A stretch of 64,000 nucleotides of DNA, taken from Oscillospiraceae bacterium (GTDB lineage: Bacteria > Bacillota > Clostridia > Oscillospirales > CAG-272). Of the stretch, positions 42,410 to 49,298 are shown in pieces. Every line of letters begins with the position of its first letter. Position 1 is the first letter of the stretch. The notes below the pieces were generated by a model, which was not told where the DNA came from, did no database searches, and saw only the letters and a program-made list of their open reading frames with translations. The translations under genes and the position numbers were made by a program. The stretch spans positions 270,983 to 334,982 of the forward strand of contig SVQK01000056.1 of NCBI GenBank assembly GCA_015065385.1. The letters are read 5' to 3'.

Positions 42410-42670
42410 ATGAATACAGCGGAGATCATCGACAAGCTCTGTTCCATCACGGAGGAGCAATCCAGAATCATCCGGGAACAGTTTCTGTTCATCCGGAACT
42501 GTCTCGCCGTCGATCAATCCGTACTCGAACACTTTGAAGGCATGATCAAGCCGGTCGAGGACGCCCTCGATCTGGCGGAGTATTCTCTTCGGCGCGACAG
42601 AAATTCATCGGACGGCCCGGATCCGTCCGGGCGCGAAACGGCAAACAACGAATCAGGAGGCAACTCATGA
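42410..42670 (+). CDS. Acidic helical 86-aa protein of unknown function (not Avd-like)
   Basis: ORF directly after the RT gene. It is coupled to the next gene by an ATGA overlap. Confidence 0.55.
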   Translation: MNTAEIIDKLCSITEEQSRIIREQFLFIRNCLAVDQSVLEHFEGMIKPVEDALDLAEYSLRRDRNSSDGPDPSGRETANNESGGNS

Positions 42671-43086
42671 GCGAATGGGTAAAGTTTTTCCTCGGCGGGG
42701 GCGTCGCCCTGTCCATCGTCGAAGGCGTGAAAGCTCTGATCGGCTGGCTCATCAAGAGGAAAGCCGCGAAGGAAGACCGCGCGGAGGACAGGGCGGAGCG
42801 GAAGATGGAGGAGCGGATGGCGAAGATCGAGGGGCGCGTCGCCGATCTGGAAGGCCAGCAGGGCAAGATCGTCGACTCCCTCGAGCTGCAAAGGGAGACA
42901 AACATCTATGTTCTGTACGACCGGATCCGCTATCTCTCAAAGTGCTATATACAGGACGGGGAGATCAGCTTTGAGGACAGGGATTCGCTGAATCAGATGC
43001 ACACGGTTTATCACCGGAATGGAGGCAACGGGAACTTGGACAATGTGATGAAGCTGGTGAACGAACTGCCGCTGAAGAAAGGATAA
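42667..43086 (+). CDS. Membrane-anchored coiled-coil protein (lysis-associated candidate)
   Basis: N-terminal TM segment WVKFFLGGGVALSIVEGVKALIGWLI, then a charged coiled coil. It lies immediately upstream of the endolysin. Confidence 0.55.
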   Translation: MSEWVKFFLGGGVALSIVEGVKALIGWLIKRKAAKEDRAEDRAERKMEERMAKIEGRVADLEGQQGKIVDSLELQRETNIYVLYDRIRYLSKCYIQDGEISFEDRDSLNQMHTVYHRNGGNGNLDNVMKLVNELPLKKG

Positions 43087-43094
43087 GGTGGATC

Positions 43095-43841
43095 ATGGAA
43101 TACACAAACAGTCCGCTGGTGAGCTACATGCAGCTCAGCCCGAACCATTCCGGATTGAGAACCCACAGCATCGACCGCATCTCCCCGCATTGTGTGGTGG
43201 GCCAGTGTTCCGTAGAGACGTTGGGCAACATATTCGCGCCGGTCTCTCGACAGGCCAGCTCCAACTATGGAATCGGTGTGGATGGAAGGATCGCCATGTA
43301 CGTCGAAGAGCAGAACCGTTCGTGGTGTACATCCTCCAAAGACAACGACCAAAGGGCGGTCACGATAGAGTGCGCGTCCGATACCACCGATCCCTATGCG
43401 ATGAACGGTTCCGTTTACGCATCCCTTGTGAAGCTCTGCGCGGATATATGCCGCCGAAACGGGAAGAAGAAGCTGGTCTGGATCCCGGACAAGGACAAGG
43501 CTCTGGCGTACAATCCGAAGACTGACGAAATGCTCCTAACCGTCCACCGGTGGTTTGACAGTCGGAAGTCCTGCCCCGGAGACTGGCTGTATAACCGCCT
43601 CGGAAACCTCGCTGTGGAGGTTACAGGGCTTCTTGCCGACCCCGTTCCAGCCCAGCAGACCGGAACACCGGGAGATGGAAATACGCCCCATAAATGGGCT
43701 GACGAGGCTGTAAAATGGGCTGTGACGAAGGGGATCCTGAAAGGATCGTCCTCCGGCGCAAAGGACTACAGGCTGAACGATCCCGTAACCCGCGAAGAGG
43801 TTCTGACGTTCATCCATCGTGCAATGAAGGGAGGCGATTGA
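43095..43841 (+). CDS. Endolysin: N-acetylmuramoyl-L-alanine amidase (Amidase_2/PGRP type) with a C-terminal SLH domain
   Basis: Amidase_2-like: RISPHCVVGQ...NYGIGVDGRIAMYVEEQNRSWCTSS...AVTIECASD. SLH-like: HKWADEAVKWAVTKGILKGSSSGAKDYRLNDPVTREEVLTFIHRAM. Confidence 0.85.
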   Translation: MEYTNSPLVSYMQLSPNHSGLRTHSIDRISPHCVVGQCSVETLGNIFAPVSRQASSNYGIGVDGRIAMYVEEQNRSWCTSSKDNDQRAVTIECASDTTDPYAMNGSVYASLVKLCADICRRNGKKKLVWIPDKDKALAYNPKTDEMLLTVHRWFDSRKSCPGDWLYNRLGNLAVEVTGLLADPVPAQQTGTPGDGNTPHKWADEAVKWAVTKGILKGSSSGAKDYRLNDPVTREEVLTFIHRAMKGGD

Positions 43842-43843
43842 GG

Positions 43844-44182
43844 ATGGAGAAGAAGAAATCCAAATTCCGGATCTGGTTTGCCGAGAAGCGTAAGAAATGG
43901 AACGAAACCTATGAGAAGCGGCTTTGTACCCTGATTACATCCAACGCCATCGCGTGGGTGTGGTGCTCTTACGGACTTGCCTTGCTCAGAAGATATGAGA
44001 TTGCGCAGTCTTTGTCTCAGGAGGCTGTGCGAACGATCCTCGGGGTTGCGATAGCATATGCTGTGAAATCCCTCGGCGAGAACGTATCGAAGTACGGCTA
44101 CAAGGGAAAGCAGATTCCGGAGCCTCCCGCTGAAACCGAGGACGAATTTGCCAACGCCAGAGGCAATGATGATGAGCTGTAA
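43844..44182 (+). CDS. Putative holin (112 aa, two TM segments)
   Basis: ATG 43844 after GGAGG. TM candidates are LCTLITSNAIAWVWCSYGLALL and AVRTILGVAIAYAVKSL, with a charged C-terminus. It is adjacent to the endolysin. Confidence 0.6.
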   Translation: MEKKKSKFRIWFAEKRKKWNETYEKRLCTLITSNAIAWVWCSYGLALLRRYEIAQSLSQEAVRTILGVAIAYAVKSLGENVSKYGYKGKQIPEPPAETEDEFANARGNDDEL

Positions 44183-44211
44183 CCACGTCCTCGATCAACA
44201 GGAGGTGACGG

Positions 44212-44997
44212 ATGCTTCAGGATTTCATAATGATAACCCGGCATTTTCCGGGAAACGATGATCTGAAGATTTACCCAATTTCCGACGTCCATCTCGGCGC
44301 AGCGGAACACATGGAGTCCGCTTGGCGTGAGTTCCGAACGAAGGTGATGGGGGAAGAAAACTCGTATCTGGTGCTGGCGGGTGACTTGATAAACAATGCC
44401 ACCCGCTCAAGCGTCAGCAACATTTTTGATGAGACCATGCGCCCCAGCTCCCAGAAGAAACTCATGGCCGAAATGCTCATGCCCCTAAAGGATCGTATCC
44501 TTTGTGCAGTCCCCGGAAACCATGAGGGGAGATCCGGGAAAGATGCGGACGATGATCCGGTTTACGATATTTGCTCCAAGCTGGATATTGAAGACTTGTA
44601 CCGCGAGAATATCGCTTTTCTGAAAATCCAGATAGGGGATCCTGCGGCGAACGGGGCAAGAAATCCAACCTATGTGATAGCCGTGACCCACGGAGCGGGT
44701 GGAGGAATCCTTACCGGAGGAGTGGTAAACCGCGCGGAGAGATTCGGCTATGCGATTGACGGAGCCGACGCTTTGATCCTCGGACACTCCCATAAACCGT
44801 TTACAACCCAGCCCGCCAAGTTGAAGGTAAACCCCTACAACAATACGGTATCCGTAAAGCCGTTCAAGGTGATCTCGGCTACCTCGTGGCTGGAATACGG
44901 GGGCTATGCGGCGCGGAAGAATCTGCTCCCCTCATCCCATGCTCCACAGGTTTTGAAGCTCTGCGGCACTCAGAAAGAAATCAAAGTTGAAATGTAA
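44212..44997 (+). CDS. Calcineurin-like metallophosphoesterase
   Basis: Motifs ISDVHLG, LAGDLINN, PGNHE, VTHGAGGG and LGHSHKP. Confidence 0.8.
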   Translation: MLQDFIMITRHFPGNDDLKIYPISDVHLGAAEHMESAWREFRTKVMGEENSYLVLAGDLINNATRSSVSNIFDETMRPSSQKKLMAEMLMPLKDRILCAVPGNHEGRSGKDADDDPVYDICSKLDIEDLYRENIAFLKIQIGDPAANGARNPTYVIAVTHGAGGGILTGGVVNRAERFGYAIDGADALILGHSHKPFTTQPAKLKVNPYNNTVSVKPFKVISATSWLEYGGYAARKNLLPSSHAPQVLKLCGTQKEIKVEM

Positions 44998-44999
44998 AG

Positions 45000-45509
45000 A
45001 TGGAGGTTGAAATGGAGTTTACCTATCATGATGTTTTCGGCATCATTTCGGTGGTATGTTGGATCGCCCTGATGATTGCCATGTTCTACTATCAGGAGAA
45101 GGGCAACGTAATCAAGATGATTACGAAGTTCATAGCCAATGCCGAAGAAACCGGCCAGCCCGGTCCCGACAAGATGGTGATGGTTGTGGATTGGATGTAT
45201 TCCTATATTCCTGCCCCCTTCCGTTCCATTCTAAATAAGGAAAAGCTGAAAGTAATTGCTCAGGACGTGTTCGACTGGACGCGCCAGTACGCCCTTGACT
45301 ACCTCGAGGAGAAGGCCAAGAAGGAAGAAGAGAAGAAGCATCCCAAGGATCCGGTTTTGCCCGAAGAGGATTCAAAAGACGATGATGATTTCCTCGTCGA
45401 ATACGATATTGTCCCGGAAATCTGCGATGCCGGGGCCGGTGATGACAAGGATGAAGGATGCGCGGAGTGTGTTGACGATGCTTGTCCTGTCTTCCCTGAA
45501 AAGAAATAA
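45000..45509 (+). CDS. Single-pass membrane protein, LL-H-type holin-like, with an acidic tail
   Basis: N-terminal TM segment IISVVCWIALMIAMFYY, then AEETGQPGPDKMVMVVDWMYSYIP, as in LL-H family proteins from memory. The C-terminus is D/E-rich. Confidence 0.5.
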   Translation: MEVEMEFTYHDVFGIISVVCWIALMIAMFYYQEKGNVIKMITKFIANAEETGQPGPDKMVMVVDWMYSYIPAPFRSILNKEKLKVIAQDVFDWTRQYALDYLEEKAKKEEEKKHPKDPVLPEEDSKDDDDFLVEYDIVPEICDAGAGDDKDEGCAECVDDACPVFPEKK

Positions 45510-45599
45510 CTTTGACGTTTACGGGTGTTGACCTCCCGCCCGTTGCGTCCGTCGCGGAGGGAATCCCCTGTTCCCGGTGAAGCGGCGGTATATAGATTC

Positions 45600-45633
45600 A
45601 GCCCTGTGGTGTAAAAGCCACGGGGCTTTTTTT
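45600..45633 (+). terminator. Rho-independent terminator ending the late/lysis operon
   Basis: AGCCCTGTGG tgtaaaag CCACGGGGCT followed by TTTTTTT. Confidence 0.7.
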
Positions 45634-45941
45634 GTAACAAAACCGGCCCCGGAATCGTAACAAACGAAGTGCCACAAACGGAGAGTGAATCCTACTCAAC
45701 TGGTAGGTTTTAGCCTGTTTTTCCGGGAAATCGCCTTTGTTACACGATTGTTACGGAATGTGACGGAGAATGTTTCACCCGGAAAACCGTTACAGGAAGC
45801 CCTTAGTCCTTATAAATGTAACATTGTAACATTAAAATAAAGAAATAAATAGTATAAATAGCCATTTCTGGCCGGCATACCCCTATACCCCTATATAGGG
45901 AAATTTATAGGAAATTCTTGTTTGTTACGTTTCATGTTACA
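45633..45941. repeat. Array of 9 TGT(A/T)ACA-type sites plus a 12-bp palindrome in an AT-rich non-coding region
   Basis: Site starts: 45633, 45657, 45738, 45749, 45789, 45817, 45825, 45923, 45935. A variant TGTGACG is at 45759. The palindrome CCCTATATAGGG is at 45889-45900, preceded by the direct repeat ACCCCTAT ACCCCTAT. Confidence 0.7.
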
Positions 45942-46068
45942 AAGGTTGAGACCAACCGAAAACGCGCTGAACCGTTTCGGCAGGTCTTTGATGGCGAGTT
46001 AAAGAAGGATGGCTCGATATATGGGCTTATAGTTAAACAGCTTGCTCTAAAAAACTGCAAAAATGGGC

Positions 46069-46097
46069 TTGACTTTTGTACGATAATTGCTTATAAT
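46069..46097 (+). promoter_or_regulatory. Consensus sigma-70-type promoter
   Basis: TTGACT (46069-46074), 17 nt, TATAAT (46092-46097). Confidence 0.65.
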
Positions 46098-46103
46098 ACC
46101 CGA

Positions 46104-46334
46104 TGCAAAGGGAGGTGAAACGCTTTGAACGAACGGAGAAACCGTATGACGGGAATAAAAAGAAAAGCAATCGTCCAGCATCCCAAACCGTGACGGTTGC
46201 TTTTACCCGAAAACCCCGAAATGGTTTCTCCCGGAAACCGGGATTCCACTTAACTCGGAGGCCTTGCAGAATCTATTATACACTGTTTCCCCCTCCGTGT
46301 CAAGTGGAATCCACTAAAAAATTCGGAGGAAAAT
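46104..46334 (+). ncRNA. Structured ~230-nt 5' leader or small RNA candidate
   Basis: No convincing ORF. One hairpin is GCAATCGTC...GACGGTTGC followed by TTTT (about 46167-46205). A second, large hairpin pairs GGATTCCACTT/AAGTGGAATCC with an inner CGGAGG/CCTCCG pairing (46241-46312). Confidence 0.4.
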
Positions 46335-46484
46335 ATGGAAATCACAAAAGAAGAAGCCCTGCAGATGCTCAAAGCCGTCACGATCCTGCTTTTGGATTGT
46401 GTTGACCGGGGAACCCTGTCTCAGGAAACCTACGTTGATGTGCTCGAGCTTCTCCTGAAGCTCGAGTACGTTTTGGGCAACTGA
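46335..46484 (+). CDS. Small helical protein (49 aa)
   Basis: ATG 46335 lies 6 nt after GGAGG. Translation is MEITKEEALQMLKAVTILLLDCVDRGTLSQETYVDVLELLLKLEYVLGN. Its stop is 2 nt before the next start. Confidence 0.45.
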   Translation: MEITKEEALQMLKAVTILLLDCVDRGTLSQETYVDVLELLLKLEYVLGN

Positions 46485-46486
46485 TT

Positions 46487-46990
46487 ATGGGAGTCCCGAC
46501 GCGCATAGGACGTCAACCAGAAAGAGTCATCACGGTAGATGATTATCTGGCGGCGGCACGTATCGTAGCTCGGTGCCGTTCAGAACGGCTTCCGTATGTG
46601 CTGGAGTTGCTTTGCAGAACCGGGATCGACTTGATGAAGTTGGATTTTCCGGAGGTTCCGGATCCAGTCTTCGGTACAGATTTCCGAGTCCGGTTATCCG
46701 CGTGGCTTGATGAGCCTATTCCGGATAACTGGAAATCACTGTCGATTTCGGAACACCTTGACTGGTATGTAAAACCGCACAGGGCCGTTGCCCGAGACGT
46801 CGGTAAGCGGTGTGCGGTTTCACCGATCGAAGTGTGGCGTGAAATGCTTTTACAGAACGGCCCGCTTTCCCGGTCGACGTCTATACGCATCAACACCGAG
46901 ATTGGATTGATCCCGGGATGGACCTATAACCCAAAAGCGATGCGGTGCGGTCCTTACGGCGCACAACGAGGCTTCGTCAGAACGGAATAA
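46487..46990 (+). CDS. Hypothetical protein (167 aa)
   Basis: ORF coupled to the preceding small gene and followed by a terminator. No motif recognised with confidence. Confidence 0.6.
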   Translation: MGVPTRIGRQPERVITVDDYLAAARIVARCRSERLPYVLELLCRTGIDLMKLDFPEVPDPVFGTDFRVRLSAWLDEPIPDNWKSLSISEHLDWYVKPHRAVARDVGKRCAVSPIEVWREMLLQNGPLSRSTSIRINTEIGLIPGWTYNPKAMRCGPYGAQRGFVRTE

Positions 46991-46997
46991 CAGACTC

Positions 46998-47029
46998 TCC
47001 CGGTGGGTTTATCCCATCGGGATTTTTTT
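46998..47029 (+). terminator. Rho-independent terminator
   Basis: TCCCGGTGGG tttat CCCATCGGGA followed by TTTTTTT. Confidence 0.7.
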
Positions 47030-47049
47030 ATTTTTCTTGTTAAAACCCC

Positions 47050-47078
47050 TTGACTGGTTAAAGAAAGTATGCTAATAT
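47050..47078 (+). promoter_or_regulatory. Sigma-70-type promoter
   Basis: TTGACT (47050-47055), 17 nt, TAATAT (47073-47078). Confidence 0.6.
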
Positions 47079-47126
47079 GAAGCCAGTTAAAGAACTTTAG
47101 CGGATTTCCGCGATAGGAGGTTTACC

Positions 47127-48185
47127 ATGAAACAGGGCAGAACGCTTTCCGCGGTGTTAGGCGAGCTTAGCACGCAGAAGAACGCGAAGCGGGACTTCAT
47201 TAGCCCAGCAAGAGCCGCATCGATCTCGCCGGACGCCCGGCATTTCATCCTCAAAGGATCCGAAACCCACGAATTTGGGATGACCGACCTTTTCCACCGT
47301 CAGGTCGGTACGGCGCTCGGTATCCCGGCCAAGTACTACGAGGCCATGCGAACACAGAAACCCGATCTTCTGGCCGAGAACGTAAACGCTTGGCTGGGCG
47401 ACCTTGAGCAGAGCTACATGGTCCGGGCTTTAGAGTATGACGGGGTCTCAACCGCGCGGGCATTCCTTTCGGACCGATACCATAGGATCGACAACCTTGA
47501 GGTAGCGACAGCGGTCCTTCCGATGTTCGCCGGGAGGGAAGGAATGGAGGTAACGAGCTGCGAGGTCACGGAAAGCCGATTGTACCTTAAGATCGTCAAC
47601 CACCGGCTTGAACAGGAAGTGGTTCCCGGCGACATCGTTCAGTCCGGAGTAGTGATTTCTAACTCCGAGGTCGGGCTCGGCGCGGTTGCGGTTCAGCCCT
47701 TGCTTTACCGTTTGGTCTGCTCCAACGGCATGATCATCAACGAGATGAGCGAGAGACGAACGCACATCGGACGGGCCAATAAAGGATCCGACGCGAGTTT
47801 CATTTTCTACACGGACGAGACGGTCGAAGCCGAAGATCGAGCCTTCATGTTAAAGCTGAGGGATACGGCGAAAGCCGCGCTGGACTCCGCGCGGTTTGCG
47901 CAGTCGATTGATCGGCTCAGGGCTTCCACCGAGGCCCCCATTACCGGTAGAGTGCAGGAGGTAGTTGAGCTGACCGGTAAGAACTACGACCTTTCAATCG
48001 GTGAGCAGGACAGCATCCTGAATTACCTGATCCGTGGCGGTGACCTCAGCCTTTACGGGCTTTCGAACGCCATCACCAGAACGAGTCAGGATGTGGAGTC
48101 CTACGACCGAGCCACGGCCTTGGAGGGCATCGGCTGGCAGGTCGCTACGATGCCCGAAAAACAGTGGAAAGAGATCAACGCGTAA
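47127..48185 (+). CDS. DUF932-family protein (phage/plasmid-like protein)
   Basis: LSDRYHRIDNLEV...VVISNSEVGLGAVAVQPLLYRLVCSNGMI matches my recollection of DUF932. Confidence 0.7.
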   Translation: MKQGRTLSAVLGELSTQKNAKRDFISPARAASISPDARHFILKGSETHEFGMTDLFHRQVGTALGIPAKYYEAMRTQKPDLLAENVNAWLGDLEQSYMVRALEYDGVSTARAFLSDRYHRIDNLEVATAVLPMFAGREGMEVTSCEVTESRLYLKIVNHRLEQEVVPGDIVQSGVVISNSEVGLGAVAVQPLLYRLVCSNGMIINEMSERRTHIGRANKGSDASFIFYTDETVEAEDRAFMLKLRDTAKAALDSARFAQSIDRLRASTEAPITGRVQEVVELTGKNYDLSIGEQDSILNYLIRGGDLSLYGLSNAITRTSQDVESYDRATALEGIGWQVATMPEKQWKEINA

Positions 48186-48211
48186 CGAGAACACGAGAAG
48201 GAGTGTAACCG

Positions 48212-49144
48212 ATGAAGTGCAGAGTGGAAAACCCCAAACCGCTTAAGGTAAAGCGGGTTCTGAGTGGACGAGAAAAGGCAAAACGGGTGCTGATTACAGC
48301 CGCGGCGGTTGGAGCCTCCGCGGGGGTCCTTGGGATCGGAGCGTGGGTGGCAAGGAACACCCACCTCCGCCCTGCGGAAGAAAGTACGGAGGTAGCGCAG
48401 TCGAAGGCCGCGGCCGCGTTCGGCCCTTGCTCCCTTTCTGATCTGCCCGCATACGAAGCCGACCTCAAACCCCGGCTTGAGTTTTACGCAGAAGGTGACA
48501 GCCCGATCCCGGCTTGGTATAACCCCGACGAACCGATGGCGGTAGTATGGGACGGGTCTGCCGGAACCGACCATATTGCTGAATCCAACAAAATGGTTGG
48601 GGATTTTGTGCCCGACATTTTTGTCGGGGACACGGATGTCCTTTGCAACGCAGAACCGCACCCACCTGTGGGGATTGACTGTGGCGGGATCGATTACAAC
48701 ATCGAACCCGAAGTGGTCCCCGACTACCTTCTGGACATTCCTCTCGACCGATACCTGCAAGAGTACATCTACAATCTCTGTGAAGACAGCGGGCTCCCCT
48801 ACACCTTGGCCATCGCGGTGATCGAACAGGAAAGTACCTACACCCCTTGGGTGGTCAGCGAGAGCAACGACTACGGGTTGATGCAGATCAACACCGTCTG
48901 CCACGACTGGTTGGCGCGGGAACTCGGGATCAATGACTTCCTGAGCCCCTACCAAAACGTACTCGCGGGCATCTACATCCTTTCCGGTTACTACGAGGAG
49001 CTCGGCTGGGAAAGTGGGACTTTGATGGCCTACAACATGGGAGAGGCCGGGGCAAGGGCGCTTTTCGAGCAGGGAATCTACTCCACGGATTACTCCGAGC
49101 GAGTTCTCGGGATCAAGTACCGACTGGATACGGAGGGGCGTTAA
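48212..49144 (+). CDS. Membrane-anchored lytic transglycosylase (SLT domain)
   Basis: N-terminal TM segment VLITAAAVGASAGVLGIGAWV. SLT motifs IAVIEQESTY, DYGLMQIN and LMAYNMGEAGA. Confidence 0.8.
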   Translation: MKCRVENPKPLKVKRVLSGREKAKRVLITAAAVGASAGVLGIGAWVARNTHLRPAEESTEVAQSKAAAAFGPCSLSDLPAYEADLKPRLEFYAEGDSPIPAWYNPDEPMAVVWDGSAGTDHIAESNKMVGDFVPDIFVGDTDVLCNAEPHPPVGIDCGGIDYNIEPEVVPDYLLDIPLDRYLQEYIYNLCEDSGLPYTLAIAVIEQESTYTPWVVSESNDYGLMQINTVCHDWLARELGINDFLSPYQNVLAGIYILSGYYEELGWESGTLMAYNMGEAGARALFEQGIYSTDYSERVLGIKYRLDTEGR

Positions 49145-49145
49145 C

Positions 49146-49298
49146 GTGAGAAACCGGCAGAAGCAACGGGCGCTTCGGCGTTCCGGGAAGAAGCGGGATT
49201 CCCCGATAGATTTCCGGAACGCGGAGCATTACCCGGATCCTGTTCCGCACGACGCGGTTGACAGAATAATCAGAAAGGAGAAAAAGAAGGTCGTATGA
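49146..49298 (+). CDS. Small basic protein (50 aa) of a type common in Firmicutes mobile elements
   Basis: GTG 49146. Translation is VRNRQKQRALRRSGKKRDSPIDFRNAEHYPDPVPHDAVDRIIRKEKKKVV. Its stop overlaps the next ATG (ATGA). Confidence 0.4.
   Translation: MRNRQKQRALRRSGKKRDSPIDFRNAEHYPDPVPHDAVDRIIRKEKKKVV

Noticed and set aside
42410-42670. The 86-aa ORF after the RT as the DGR accessory protein Avd.
   Set aside because: It is acidic and too short, with a disordered Ser/Gly/Asn tail. It lacks the basic four-helix-bundle character of Avd. It is kept only as an unknown.
45681-45712. A tRNA-like T-arm / attP core candidate (GAGTGAATCCTACTC and the CCTAC...GTAGG inverted repeat).
   Set aside because: The loop GAATCCT does not match the T-loop consensus (TTCRANY). 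No acceptor or anticodon arms could be built, and no integrase is in the window.
45633-45941. A CRISPR-like array.
   Set aside because: The repeats are only 6-7 nt, occur in both orientations and are irregularly spaced. This is not a repeat-spacer architecture.
46103-46405. A 100-aa ORF immediately downstream of the consensus promoter.
   Set aside because: The sequence is Arg/Lys/Pro-rich and low in complexity. It runs through two strong hairpins and across the RBS and start of the better-supported 49-aa gene at 46335. It is treated as part of a structured leader.
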